Assembly (NCBI GenBank): GCA_031362565.1 | Contig: JANLSU010000080.1 | Coordinates: forward strand, 1-56,093 | DNA: 56,093 nt | Source: a bacterium | GTDB taxonomy: Bacteria; Krumholzibacteriota; Krumholzibacteriia; G020349025 | Direction: 5' to 3' | Shown here: positions 44,253-54,449 of the stretch, one piece after another | Layout of the letters: the number at the start of each line of letters is the position of its first letter | Position numbering within the stretch: position 1 is the stretch's first letter | The notes under the pieces: generated by a model | The model's database searches: none | What the model was told of the DNA's origin: nothing | The model's input: only the letters and a program-made list of their open reading frames with translations | Translations under genes and position numbers: made by a program

Positions 44253-45274
44253 GCGTCCTCCTTGCCTGCATGCAACGCGCCCTGGCGCAAGAGTTCGGCG
44301 ATCTGCACGGCGTTCGTCGCGGCGCCTTTGCGCAGATTGTCGGATACGACCCACATCGAAACCACGCGTGCATCCTCGACGTGGGCCCGCAGCCGGCCGA
44401 CGAACACGGCGTCGAGGCCGGCGGCTTGGCGGGCCATCGGATAGGAGTCCGGAGGCTCGCAAAGAATCACGCCCGGCGCGGCGCGGAGCGCGGCAGCGAG
44501 AGCGCTGAAATCGACCGGCCGCTCGGTTTCAGCCACGATCGATTCGCTGTGCGAACGAAAGACCGGCACCCGCACGCACGTCGCATACACCACGATGCCG
44601 GGGTCGTCGAAGATCTTGCGCGTCTCGTCGCGCATTTTGTTTTCCTCGGTCGTGTGGCCGGTCGAATCGAAGTCGGCGACTTGCGGCAGAACGTCGAAGG
44701 CGATCGAGCGCGGGTACACTTCGAGCACTTCCGGTTGACCGGCCAGGTGGGCGCGGGAGGTGCGATCCAACTCGCGGATGGCACGGGCGCCGGTACCGGA
44801 GACCGATTGATACGTGGCAACGGTAATGCGGCGCAATCCGAACAACTCACGCAGCGGCCGCAGCGCGACCACCATTTGAATCGTCGAACAGTTGGGATTG
44901 GCGATGATTCCGGCGTGCGTGAACGCGGCGGCGGCATTCACTTCGGGAACGACGAGCGGCACGCCGGGAGACAGCCGGAAAGCACTGCTGTTGTCGATGA
45001 CGACCGCGCCCGACCGCGCCGCCACCGAGGCCCAAGTGCGACTGCGCTCTGCCCCAGCCGAGAACAGTGCTACATCGACGCCGTCGAACGAGTGTTCATC
45101 GAGAGCCCGCACCGCGACCGGCTTGGCGTCGAAAACCACTTCGCGCCCCGCCGATGCGGGCGAAGCGAAAGGGCGCAATTCACCGACCGGGAAACGGCGT
45201 TCCTCGAGAACGCGCAGCATTTCTTGTCCCACGGCGCCCGTCGCACCGACAACCGCGACCACCCAATCGCGCAC
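44234..45274 (-). CDS. asd: Aspartate-semialdehyde dehydrogenase
   Basis: VVGATGAVG, DNSSAFR, PLVVPEVN, IIANPNCST, TYQSVSG, TCVRVPV, DNLRKGAATNAVQIAE. Confidence 0.97.
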   Translation of the reverse strand: MRDWVVAVVGATGAVGQEMLRVLEERRFPVGELRPFASPASAGREVVFDAKPVAVRALDEHSFDGVDVALFSAGAERSRTWASVAARSGAVVIDNSSAFRLSPGVPLVVPEVNAAAAFTHAGIIANPNCSTIQMVVALRPLRELFGLRRITVATYQSVSGTGARAIRELDRTSRAHLAGQPEVLEVYPRSIAFDVLPQVADFDSTGHTTEENKMRDETRKIFDDPGIVVYATCVRVPVFRSHSESIVAETERPVDFSALAAALRAAPGVILCEPPDSYPMARQAAGLDAVFVGRLRAHVEDARVVSMWVVSDNLRKGAATNAVQIAELLRQGALHAGKEDAWQARP

Positions 45275-45391
45275 CGTCCGCCTCCCTCGCCTGCGACTTC
45301 GATCCGTGCGCCCGCCGCGTTGTCGCCGCCGCGCGCCTTGCACTATGCTGCCTTGCCTTGGTGTGGCTTCACCCACTCACCCGGAGGCATC

Positions 45392-47506
45392 GTGCGAAGA
45401 ACATGCCGGTCCACCGCCCTTGCGGCGGCACTCTGGCTCGCGAGTGTAGCCGGGCCGGGCTGCGAGCGCGAGCCCGCGCCGGCGCCACTCCCCAGGCCGG
45501 CTGCCGACTCGACGCGTGTCGAACGGCAACGCATCGTCGCGTTGGAAGCGGACCGCAACTTCGGCGGCGGCGTCCTCGTCCGCGACCTGCACCACCCGGA
45601 CGCACGCGTCCGCCGCGCCGCCGCAATCGCCCTGGGGCGCATCCAAGATCCAGCCGCGCTCGTGCCGCTCCTCGGCGCCCTCGCGGATCCGGACACGACG
45701 GTTGCCGAACGCGCCGCCTTCGCGCTGGGGCAGTTGAAGGGTCTGGACGACAATGGACGCCACGCGCTCCAGGCGGAACTCGTGCCACGCGTCGAGGCCA
45801 AGCCGAGGCCTTGGCTCGTGCCATACGTCGAAGCGCTGGCGAAGCAAGGCGGACCGGAGATCGTCGCGGTGCTCGAAGGCGACCTTGCAACCGGGTTGTT
45901 GGCGAGCATGGGATCCGAAGCTCGCGAGCCCGTTCTGGAAGGCACGGCGGCATGGGGCGTGGCGCGAGTCAACACGCCGCTCGCGCACGATGTCCTGAAA
46001 CAGGTCGGCGATCTGCGAAATCGCCGGCCGGCGGCAGCGTGGCGCATCGCCGGCGCCATGATGGCCTATCCGGACACCGCCTATCGCACCCCGCTCTTGT
46101 CGCTCCTCGATCATGACGACGCGACGGCGCGCGCCGCCGGCGCGCGGGCGCTCGGCCGCCAGAAGGATCGCACCGTCCTGCCGATGCTCGTGCAGCACTT
46201 GTCGGATATTGATTGGCGAGTGCGGGCCAGTTTGTTGATCGCCATCGGCGAACTCACCGATCCCAAACATCCCAGTAAGGAAGCCGGAGACTTCGCCGCG
46301 GCACTCTTGAGCGACTCACATCCACTGGTCCGCGAGGCGGCGGCGAACGCGCTCAACAGCCTGCAATTGGGAACGCATGCGGAACTCTTGCGGCCGGCGC
46401 TCACCGATTCCGTCGCCGCGGTGCGGCTCGCAGCACTCCGGTGTGCAGCGCATTGGCAGCATGCGGCGGCGCGTCCCGCCTGGGAGGCGGCGCGGCGCGA
46501 TCGCGTCGACTTCGTCCGCACCGAGGCACTGCGAGCCACCGCCGATGTGCTGGGTGCCGCGGCGGCGATCCAACCACTCCTCACCGCGCTCGCGGCGCCC
46601 GACGTCCGCGAACGCATGGAAGCCGCGACCGCGCTCGGCGACGTCGCCGTACCCGTGGCCGATCAGAGCCGCGTGCGGGCCGCGCTCGAGAAGGCCCTGC
46701 AAGACCCGGACTTCGTCGTCGCCACGCTTGCCGCAACCGCGCTCGGGTCGCAGCACTGGATCGAGAGCGCGGCGGCGTTGGGGCGCACCTACGACGCGCA
46801 CCACACGACGCACAACGACAACGACATCCGGCTCGCCTGTGTCGAAGCAGGCCGTGACTGTGTCGGCAAGAAGCGGCGGCCGGAATGGACGACCCTCAAG
46901 GCGCTCTTCGATCGCGCCGGCCGCGACCCGGACCGGCGCATCGTCCAAGCCGGGCGCGCCGGGCTGGCGCGCCTGGCGGGCCAAGACAACGACCCACCGC
47001 CGCTGCCACTGCAGGCGCGCGATGTACCGCTCGGCGTGACGCCATTGCCTGAAATCGATCTTGGCGCGGTACAAGTTCGCTTGGTGACCGCCCACGGTAG
47101 TGCAACGCTGGAACTGGATGGCGATCAGTTCCCGCGCACGGTGGGGAATTTCCTGCATCTGGTCGATTCGGGCTTCTACAGCCAAGGGGTTTTCCACCGC
47201 GTCGTGCCGGCGTTCGTCGTGCAGGGCGGTTGCCCGCGCGGCGACGGCTGGGGCGATGCAGGATCGTGGCTGCCATGCGAGTACGGTGAATTGCGCTACG
47301 ACCGCCCGGGCGTCGTCGGCATGGCGACGGCCGGCAAGGATACCGGCGGCTCGCAGTTCTTCATCACCCACGTGCCGGTACCGCGGCTCGACGGCAACTA
47401 CACGGCGTTTGGGCGCGTCCTTGAGGGCATGGATGTAGTCGACAAGATCGTGCGCGGCGATGCGTTCCACATCGAGCGCGTCGCGCCGGCCACGGCAGGA
47501 CGCTGA
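45392..47506 (+). CDS. Exported HEAT-repeat protein with C-terminal cyclophilin-type peptidyl-prolyl isomerase
   Basis: GTG after GGAGG; signal peptide ending in Cys; many D..VR..AA.ALG repeats; cyclophilin FHRVVPAFVVQGG, GMATAGKDTGGSQFFITH, LDGNYTAFGRV. Confidence 0.9.
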   Translation: MRRTCRSTALAAALWLASVAGPGCEREPAPAPLPRPAADSTRVERQRIVALEADRNFGGGVLVRDLHHPDARVRRAAAIALGRIQDPAALVPLLGALADPDTTVAERAAFALGQLKGLDDNGRHALQAELVPRVEAKPRPWLVPYVEALAKQGGPEIVAVLEGDLATGLLASMGSEAREPVLEGTAAWGVARVNTPLAHDVLKQVGDLRNRRPAAAWRIAGAMMAYPDTAYRTPLLSLLDHDDATARAAGARALGRQKDRTVLPMLVQHLSDIDWRVRASLLIAIGELTDPKHPSKEAGDFAAALLSDSHPLVREAAANALNSLQLGTHAELLRPALTDSVAAVRLAALRCAAHWQHAAARPAWEAARRDRVDFVRTEALRATADVLGAAAAIQPLLTALAAPDVRERMEAATALGDVAVPVADQSRVRAALEKALQDPDFVVATLAATALGSQHWIESAAALGRTYDAHHTTHNDNDIRLACVEAGRDCVGKKRRPEWTTLKALFDRAGRDPDRRIVQAGRAGLARLAGQDNDPPPLPLQARDVPLGVTPLPEIDLGAVQVRLVTAHGSATLELDGDQFPRTVGNFLHLVDSGFYSQGVFHRVVPAFVVQGGCPRGDGWGDAGSWLPCEYGELRYDRPGVVGMATAGKDTGGSQFFITHVPVPRLDGNYTAFGRVLEGMDVVDKIVRGDAFHIERVAPATAGR

Positions 47507-47543
47507 ACACCGCCACCGACGTTGTCCGCAGAGCGAATCCCGC

Positions 47544-48251
47544 TTACCAGTGGAAGCCGAGACCCGCCTCCAGAAACGCAGCGTTGGTGCCTTTGAATGC
47601 AAAGGTTTGATCGGTCAAGTTGGGGAGGCCCTGCAAATCGTCGGTCTTGCCAAACACGCGCCCGTAACGCGCTTCGGCGTAACCGGTGTAGGTCTGCGTT
47701 GCAGAAAACAACCGCACGCCGAAGAACGTCGACGGCGAAGTTTCGGTCAGTGAGGCCTTGAAGGTCGGAATCGCCGACAACGAGCCATTCGAAGAAAAAT
47801 TCAGCGTGTGAAGCGCAAAGCCCACGCCGCCGTACAGGGCGGAGTTCGCCGTGTGCAAAACATCACCAAGCGCCTCGACGCGCAGCATGAAATCCGTTGT
47901 GCGCTCGGACACACGCTCCGGAAATCCGTTTTCGTTTGCTCCCCACACCGTGCGGCAGTTTTCGCATTCAAAGTTGTCGGACAGGAACTGGAACCCACCG
48001 CGCACCCAAAGGGGCACGGGGCGAACCTCCCGCCGCAGGATGCGCCGCTGGTACGCGAAAGTCGGATAGCCGTGATCCTCGAAGTTGGGATGGTTGAAGG
48101 CGGCGCGCCCCACACCGAACGTCAGGAGATTGATGTTGGCAAGGCGCGTCTTTGGCGGCGCGGCGGGCGGCAAATCTTGCGCCGGCGCAATTCCCGGCAC
48201 GAGACCCAAGAGGACTCCGAGAAGCGCGCCCCGGACCATGCCTGCCTGCAT
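47544..48251 (-). CDS. Probable outer-membrane beta-barrel protein
   Basis: Signal peptide, alternating amphipathic strands (LYGGVGFAL, FFGVRL, YAEARYG), C-terminal beta-signal LEAGLGFHW; GAGGAG RBS. Confidence 0.7.
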   Translation of the reverse strand: MQAGMVRGALLGVLLGLVPGIAPAQDLPPAAPPKTRLANINLLTFGVGRAAFNHPNFEDHGYPTFAYQRRILRREVRPVPLWVRGGFQFLSDNFECENCRTVWGANENGFPERVSERTTDFMLRVEALGDVLHTANSALYGGVGFALHTLNFSSNGSLSAIPTFKASLTETSPSTFFGVRLFSATQTYTGYAEARYGRVFGKTDDLQGLPNLTDQTFAFKGTNAAFLEAGLGFHW

Positions 48252-48334
48252 CGCTACTCCTCGGTTTGTGGACGTTGGGATTCCAGGATCGCGCCGCGAG
48301 ATGAGGCTTAACTTCGCGTCGGATCGAGGGTTTG

Positions 48335-49549
48335 TCAAGTACCGGCGGAAGGGACGAGGGCGCCGGCGACAATCGATCGGGCCGCTTCGAGCGCCGCATC
48401 CAGCGCCTCGGGACGCAGGCCCGATCCCTGGACCCGAGCCGGCGGGCCACCGCCCTTGCCCTCCACGAGGCCGCACGCCGTGGCCAGTGCCGGCCGGAGA
48501 TCGATAGCCGTAGCGTCGCCACGCGCGAAGAGCAGTTGGACGCGCGGCTTCTGCGCTCCCAAGAGCGCAATGCCACCCTGTCCAACGATCGCGTCGGCCC
48601 AGGCGCGCAATGCGTCTACCTCGGCCGTTTCGACACCGTGCACGACGAGCGGCACACCACCCGGACGCGGCGCCGCGGCAATCCATTCGCGCGCCTCGAA
48701 CCCGGCGAGCGCCAGGCGCAACGCGTCGGATTCCTTGCGCAACGACCGCGCCTCTTGCGTCAGTTGATCGACCTTGCCGGCCACTGCATCCGGATGACAG
48801 GTGAGCGCGAGCGCCAGTGCGTCGGCGCGTCGCAGGGCGCGGGTGCACTCGCCGAGGGCGCGCACCCCGCAGGCGAAGGAGAGCCGCGTGCCGCCCTTGA
48901 CCTTCTCTTGCCCCAAGAGCTTGACGAGTCCGATCTCGCTCGTCCGCCGAACATGGGTGCCACAGCACGCATTCTGGTCCCAGCCTTCGATCTCGACGAC
49001 GCGCACCGGGCCGGAACCCGCCGGCGGCGCCTTGCGGAGCGCCGCTTCTTCGCCCGCGGCGAGGAAGCGCGCCGCCACCGGCCGGGCCTCCCAGACAATT
49101 TCGTTGGCGCGCGCTTCGATGCGATCGAACTCCGGTCCCGGCAGTGCGGCCCCCTCGATGTCGATCGAGCAACGCTCAGTCCCAAGATGAAACGACAGCG
49201 TGTCGCGGCCGAGAAGCGCCAGAAGGGTCGCCGACAAGAGATGCTGGCCGCTGTGTTGCTGCATGTGATCCCGGCGGCGCACGGCGTCGACGACGCCGTG
49301 GACGCGATCGGCATCGGGCGCCCGCCGGACGCGATGCACGACGGCGCCATCCGGTGCTTCGAAGACATCGAGTACGGGTTCACCGTTCAGGGTCCCGGTG
49401 TCGTACGGCTGGCCGCCGGAGGTCGGATAGAAAGCACTCTGGTCGAGCACGAGCCCGACGCCGTCGGCCAGCGGCCGCCGCTCCTGGATCTGGGCATCGA
49501 ATTCGAGCTGGGTCGCATCCTGCAGATACAACCGGGACAACGGTTGCAC
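48335..49549 (-). CDS. AlaX-type Ser/Gly-tRNA(Ala) editing protein with C-terminal DHHA1 domain
   Basis: FYPTSGGQPYDTG, HMQQHSGQH, CCGTHV, GKGGG. Confidence 0.92.
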   Translation of the reverse strand: MQPLSRLYLQDATQLEFDAQIQERRPLADGVGLVLDQSAFYPTSGGQPYDTGTLNGEPVLDVFEAPDGAVVHRVRRAPDADRVHGVVDAVRRRDHMQQHSGQHLLSATLLALLGRDTLSFHLGTERCSIDIEGAALPGPEFDRIEARANEIVWEARPVAARFLAAGEEAALRKAPPAGSGPVRVVEIEGWDQNACCGTHVRRTSEIGLVKLLGQEKVKGGTRLSFACGVRALGECTRALRRADALALALTCHPDAVAGKVDQLTQEARSLRKESDALRLALAGFEAREWIAAAPRPGGVPLVVHGVETAEVDALRAWADAIVGQGGIALLGAQKPRVQLLFARGDATAIDLRPALATACGLVEGKGGGPPARVQGSGLRPEALDAALEAARSIVAGALVPSAGT

Positions 49550-49553
49550 GGCG

Positions 49554-50750
49554 TCACGCCCCGTATTTCTCGAGCTTGAACGCATGCGCCATGAGTTGCG
49601 CCATCAGGTCCTGCGATTGAAATTGTCCCAACCCGCCGCGGCGTGCGGCGCGTTCGTCGAACGTCGTGCATTCGTCCGGGAAGACGCTCTCGCCCCACAA
49701 GAGCAGCGGCACCGGGTGCCAGCTGTGCGCCTTGAAGAGTGACGGCGTCGAATGATCGCCGGACACCGCGAACACCGCCGGCCGGAGCGCCGCGATCCGC
49801 GCGATTTGTGAATCGACGTGTTCGAAGGCTTGCGCCTTGCCGGCGAAGTTGCCGTCCTCACCGTTCGAGTCGGTGTACTTGTAGTGCAGGAAAAAGAAAT
49901 CGTGCTCGTTCCACACCTTTTCGAGGGCATCGATTTGGCCCTCCCAGGTGTCGAAGCCGTCCAGCACGCGCATCCCGACGAGTTTCGAAACACCGCGATA
50001 CATGGGATAGGTCGCAATGCAAACGGGATTCAGCTTGTAGCGCTCCGGCAGCGTCGGCAGCGAATCGTAGCGGTCGATGCCGCGCGCCAGGACCATGTTG
50101 GCCGGTTCGTGGCCGGCCAAGATTCCGGCCGCCTGGCATTGAAACTCGTTCACCATGCGCGCCACGCTCGCGCTCTGTGCATCGCGAGGCGTGGCCAAGA
50201 GCGGCGGCACGCCAAGGGCTTGCGGGTCGGTGTCGCTGACGTTGCCGTACAAATCGGCGCCGCGGAGCACCAGCGTCGCGCGGTATTCCTTGACGGGATA
50301 AACGCGCGCTTCGGCGCCCGAGATGGCGAGTTTGGCGTTCAGCAGTGCGACACGCTTCTCGCACTCGGGGGTCGCCATGCGCCCGGCGCGGCGGTCGGTG
50401 ATGTTGCCGGCGGCATCCACGGTGCAGAAATTGAGACGCGCCGCGACATCGCCGGGGCGCAGGTCGACTCCCGTTCCCAGAATATCGAGGACGCCGCGGC
50501 CCACCAAGTTGGCGATCGGGTCGTAGCCGAAGAGCGCCAGATGGCCCGGACCGCTTCCCGGCGTCACGCCGGTGCGGACCGGGGTCATGAGTCCCAAACT
50601 CCCCTCCTGTGCCAGGCGGTCGAGGCTTGGAATGTGGGCCGTTTCCATCTCGGTCTTGCCGTCCGGACCGGGAAACCCGCCGATGCCGTCGCAAACGAGC
50701 AACAGGATCTTGGAACCGGTCGCGTGCGCGAGCGAATCGATGAGCGACAT
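49554..50750 (-). CDS. apgM: Cofactor-independent phosphoglycerate mutase, ApgM type
   Basis: DGIGG, PGSGPGHLALFGYDP, GRG, DRRAGR, TDSNGEDG, SGDHSTP, HSWHPVP. Confidence 0.93.
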   Translation of the reverse strand: MSLIDSLAHATGSKILLLVCDGIGGFPGPDGKTEMETAHIPSLDRLAQEGSLGLMTPVRTGVTPGSGPGHLALFGYDPIANLVGRGVLDILGTGVDLRPGDVAARLNFCTVDAAGNITDRRAGRMATPECEKRVALLNAKLAISGAEARVYPVKEYRATLVLRGADLYGNVSDTDPQALGVPPLLATPRDAQSASVARMVNEFQCQAAGILAGHEPANMVLARGIDRYDSLPTLPERYKLNPVCIATYPMYRGVSKLVGMRVLDGFDTWEGQIDALEKVWNEHDFFFLHYKYTDSNGEDGNFAGKAQAFEHVDSQIARIAALRPAVFAVSGDHSTPSLFKAHSWHPVPLLLWGESVFPDECTTFDERAARRGGLGQFQSQDLMAQLMAHAFKLEKYGA

Positions 50751-50823
50751 GCGCATCTCCTGTGGGTCGCGGGGACGGTTGGCGGCCTCGGGCACCTGTG
50801 CCGGCTTGGTGCCGGCTGGGATC

Positions 50824-52578
50824 TTACGGACGCTCGACGCCTGCGTCCACCGCACCGCGCCCGAGCGCCCAGCCCGCCGAATCGCGGCGCCGGTAGAAGA
50901 CGAAATCGAAGTCGCCGTCCGGACCGTGCAAGGGCACCCGCGACGCAACGTAGTCGCGCCGGAACTCCGGATGCATCGCGAGCTGCAGGTCGCCCGGGAA
51001 AGGCCACGGCTCGAGGGCGCCTTCGGCACCACCCAGGATGATGACTCCGGGACGCCGCCCTAACACATACGCCGCGTCGCCGCGCTCGTGTCCCACCCAT
51101 TGCCGGACATCCGGGCGGCTCTTGGCGATGGTGCGATCGGCGAGCCCCAGCATGTCGATGCTTGGCAGATCAGCGGCGTACGGCAAAGCACCCGCCGCGT
51201 TGGTGGCAATGACGGTGGTCGCGGGTGCGGCGCCGTGCAGCCAGGTGCCGACGATTCGCCCGTAGCGTGATGCACCATCCGCCTGCCGGCACATGCGGAG
51301 TTGCGGATCCCAGGCTTGCGGCACCAGAACGCCGAGCGCGAACAGCGTAGCGACAAGCGGTGAAGCGGGCAGTCGTGGGCGCGCGCCGTGCGTCGTTGAC
51401 AGCTGCAACCGCGTTGCGGCCGCACCCACGAGCCAGGCGGCGACACCCAAGGCGGCGACACCGGCATGGCGCAGTTCGGCCGCCAGGCGATCGGCGTGTT
51501 GCGCGAGCGGCAAGTGCAGGCGGCCGAGCGACCCAACCGGAGTGGCGAGCGGCAAGAGAGCGTCCGGCACCAGAACGAGTGTCAGGCCGAGCGCGCCGAC
51601 GAGCGCGGCGGCAACGGCGAGTGCACGGCTCCGGGTCGTGAAGCCGAGCCCACCCGCTTCGGCGGCAGCAAGCGCCAGACACGGCCACACCGCGACGATG
51701 AAACGATGTCCGGCGAAGTGATCACCGCCGACCCAGACCGTGAAGACCATCTGCACCAGCACGAGCCCCACCGCGCGCCGCCGCAAACTGCTGCCATTCG
51801 GCACCCGCCGCAAACACGCGATCCAGAGCAACGGATAGGACAAGAGAAGCTTCGTCACATAGAGGATGCCGGGCCCGAGAGCTGCGAAACCCGGCGCTTT
51901 TGCATGCACCGGATTGGGAACCACGTCACCGTAGTAGAAGATCCGAAACAGCACGAGCGGCACGAGGACGAGCGCGACGCCGGCCACCATCCGGCCCAGC
52001 CGGACAGCCGGACGATGTCGCCACGAGCGTTCCGCAAGCAGTGCACCGGCCAGCAAAATTCCCTCGGGACGAAGTGCCGCGACAACACCCGCGCTGATGC
52101 CACGCCGCAACGTCGTGTCGTGCACGAGCCACAGCGTCACGACGATGGCCAGCGCGTACGCCGAAGTCTCCATGCCGCTCGCGCTCCAGAGTGCGAGCGG
52201 CGCGCCGCCGGCGACAATGCAGGCGCCGAGCGCGAGTGGCAGGCGCCCCATCTCACCGGCCGGGTGCCGCCGCCAGGCCACGAGCCCCAGCGTCCCGGCT
52301 ACACACAGCAAACCACAGAGCGCCGACAGCACCGGTGCCGCGCGCTCGGGTGCGACGCCGGCCCGAGCCACCGCTCCCAGCAACACCGTCCACGGCAGGT
52401 TCGACACGCCTTCGACCCGCTCGCCCGGATTCGGCACCGGGCCCAGCCCCCGGGCGACGTTGCGTGCGAAGCGGTACGAGATGAACGCATCGTCGACCGT
52501 GAAGGCGCGAAAGACAGCACCCACCGCGCCGAACAGCACGAGCGCCGCAAGCGCTATCACCCACCAGGCTCGAAACAT
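50824..52578 (-). CDS. Polytopic membrane protein, GT-C glycosyltransferase-like (AftB-like motifs)
   Basis: DDAFISYRFARN..G.G...N.GERVEG, SGMET, RPEG, VGGD....RF, AG...Y, DMLGL.D...A, GHE. Confidence 0.7.
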   Translation of the reverse strand: MFRAWWVIALAALVLFGAVGAVFRAFTVDDAFISYRFARNVARGLGPVPNPGERVEGVSNLPWTVLLGAVARAGVAPERAAPVLSALCGLLCVAGTLGLVAWRRHPAGEMGRLPLALGACIVAGGAPLALWSASGMETSAYALAIVVTLWLVHDTTLRRGISAGVVAALRPEGILLAGALLAERSWRHRPAVRLGRMVAGVALVLVPLVLFRIFYYGDVVPNPVHAKAPGFAALGPGILYVTKLLLSYPLLWIACLRRVPNGSSLRRRAVGLVLVQMVFTVWVGGDHFAGHRFIVAVWPCLALAAAEAGGLGFTTRSRALAVAAALVGALGLTLVLVPDALLPLATPVGSLGRLHLPLAQHADRLAAELRHAGVAALGVAAWLVGAAATRLQLSTTHGARPRLPASPLVATLFALGVLVPQAWDPQLRMCRQADGASRYGRIVGTWLHGAAPATTVIATNAAGALPYAADLPSIDMLGLADRTIAKSRPDVRQWVGHERGDAAYVLGRRPGVIILGGAEGALEPWPFPGDLQLAMHPEFRRDYVASRVPLHGPDGDFDFVFYRRRDSAGWALGRGAVDAGVERP

Positions 52579-52769
52579 CGTGGAGGCGCGTTGAGGCGAC
52601 TCGCCGTTTATTTCCTGCGTCCCGCTCTGCACGCCGCCCCCCGCATCGAGCTCACCCCCGGCCTTGGGGGCGAACAAGCGCCGGGCGATGCTAGGGACGT
52701 GCTTGCGGCCCGACAAGCCCGCATTGCGATCGGCCGCCGCCAGACACCCAAGCGGCGGCCCCGCCGCCA

Positions 52770-54356
52770 TCACTCATTGTCGTTGTCGAAGTCGAGTTCG
52801 GCCTGGGTCGCGGCCGCCGCCGCGGCATGGGCACCGGGGCGCGGCCGGGTTTTGACTGGCGTCGGGCGCACGAGCTGCAACCGGTCGATCTTCTTGATGA
52901 GGCCTTGGCGGCTGACGCCGAGTTCGGCTGCGGCGCGCGACTTGTTCCAGCCATGGCGTTCGAGGCTGCTGGCAATCATCGCCCGCTCGAGATACTCGGT
53001 CGCCTGGTGCAAGTGACGCATTTCGTCCAATCGATCGAGTGAAAACTCGCTGCCGCATCCGTACCGCAAGCGTTCGCTCAGCATGTAGGGACGCACGGTG
53101 CCGTCATCGCCATGCAACGCGACGACGCGCTCTACCTCGTTTTCCAGCTCGCGAACATTGCCCGGCCAGTCGTAGTCGACGAAGCGTTGCACCGTTTCGG
53201 CGGCGAACTCGAGCGGCGGCCGGCCGATGCGGGCGCAGATCTTGTCGCAAAAGTGGCGCGCCAAGAGCGGCACATCGTCCTTGCGACGGCGGAGCGGCGC
53301 CAACTCGAGTTTGACGACATCGAGCCGGTAGTACAGGTCTTCCCGGAACCGCCCGGCGCGGACCTCGTCGGCCAAGTGCTTGTTGGTGGCCGCGATGATG
53401 CGCACCTGGACACTCCGGGTCCGCGTCTCACCCAAGCGCCGGATTTCGCCTTCCTGCAGGACGCGCAGCATTTTGATTTGCAGGGCGATGGGCATGTCGG
53501 CGATCTCGTCGAGGAAGAAGGTGCCGCCGTTCGCCTCTTCGAACAAGCCACGCTTTTCGAGCTGCGCACCCGTGAAGGCGCCGCGGCAATGGCCGAAGAG
53601 TTCGCTTTCGAGCAACGATTCGGGCAAGGCGGCGCAGTTCTGGGCCACGAACTTGCGCCCTGCCGGCGAGCCATTTTCGTGAATGGCGCGCGCCACGAGT
53701 TCCTTCCCGGTGCCGCTCTCTCCCAGCACCAGCACGTTGACGTCGGACGACGCGAGTTTTTCGATGGTCCGAAACAGCCGGCGCATCGATCGCGACGCGC
53801 CGATGAGGCCTCCGAACCGGTGCTTTTCCCAACGCGCATCATGGGGTGCGACCGGCGCGACCGCGAGATCGCTGGTCCGGAGAACGCGCAGCAAATCACG
53901 AAACACGGCGTGCGCGAATCGCACCTGGGACGTGGCGATATCGGCCGCCCGCAGCGTGACCGCGATACCGAGCGCAAAGCGCCGATGGACGCGTTCCGCG
54001 AGCACGACGACTCCCGGCAAGGGTCCATCGGCGATCGACAGGCCGTAGGCATCGCCGCGCACCGAACCCGATGGCGCCAACGTGCACGGGCCCTGAACCC
54101 GCTGGTCGAGATCGGCGGCCACCGTGTCCAGAAGGCGTGCCAAGCGCGCCGAACCCGAGCCCTGAGCGGCGCGATGCGCCAGGCCATGCGGCAGAATCGA
54201 AAACAACACGCAGTCGGGGCCATCCAGCAGTTCGCGGATCGCGCGCAGCCCATGTGACAACGGTTCCGGGTCCGGCGTCCCGCCGTTCACGACCTCGAGC
54301 GCGGGCACGGCCGGCACCGCATCCGGCGCCTCCCAGGACATCGTCGTTCCATCCAT
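52770..54356 (-). CDS. Sigma54-dependent enhancer-binding protein (AAA+ and Fis-type HTH) with unassigned N-terminal sensor region
   Basis: GESGTGKE, ESELFGH, GAFTGA, FFLDEI, RIIAATN, FREDLYYRL, WPGNVRELEN, WNKSRAAAELGVSR; no receiver-domain motif seen. Confidence 0.95.
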   Translation of the reverse strand: MDGTTMSWEAPDAVPAVPALEVVNGGTPDPEPLSHGLRAIRELLDGPDCVLFSILPHGLAHRAAQGSGSARLARLLDTVAADLDQRVQGPCTLAPSGSVRGDAYGLSIADGPLPGVVVLAERVHRRFALGIAVTLRAADIATSQVRFAHAVFRDLLRVLRTSDLAVAPVAPHDARWEKHRFGGLIGASRSMRRLFRTIEKLASSDVNVLVLGESGTGKELVARAIHENGSPAGRKFVAQNCAALPESLLESELFGHCRGAFTGAQLEKRGLFEEANGGTFFLDEIADMPIALQIKMLRVLQEGEIRRLGETRTRSVQVRIIAATNKHLADEVRAGRFREDLYYRLDVVKLELAPLRRRKDDVPLLARHFCDKICARIGRPPLEFAAETVQRFVDYDWPGNVRELENEVERVVALHGDDGTVRPYMLSERLRYGCGSEFSLDRLDEMRHLHQATEYLERAMIASSLERHGWNKSRAAAELGVSRQGLIKKIDRLQLVRPTPVKTRPRPGAHAAAAAATQAELDFDNDNE

Positions 54357-54449
54357 CGAAGGTCTCCCTGGCGTGGGGCTCCAGCGCTCGCGTCTGTCCC
54401 GGACATCGCGATCGGCGTCGCATCGGGCGGCGAGCAGAGGCGGTGCATG

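Noticed and set aside
44270..45391. N-terminal 374 codons of the 1078 aa ORF
   Set aside because: Antisense to asd; the credible start is GTG at 45392 with an RBS and signal peptide.
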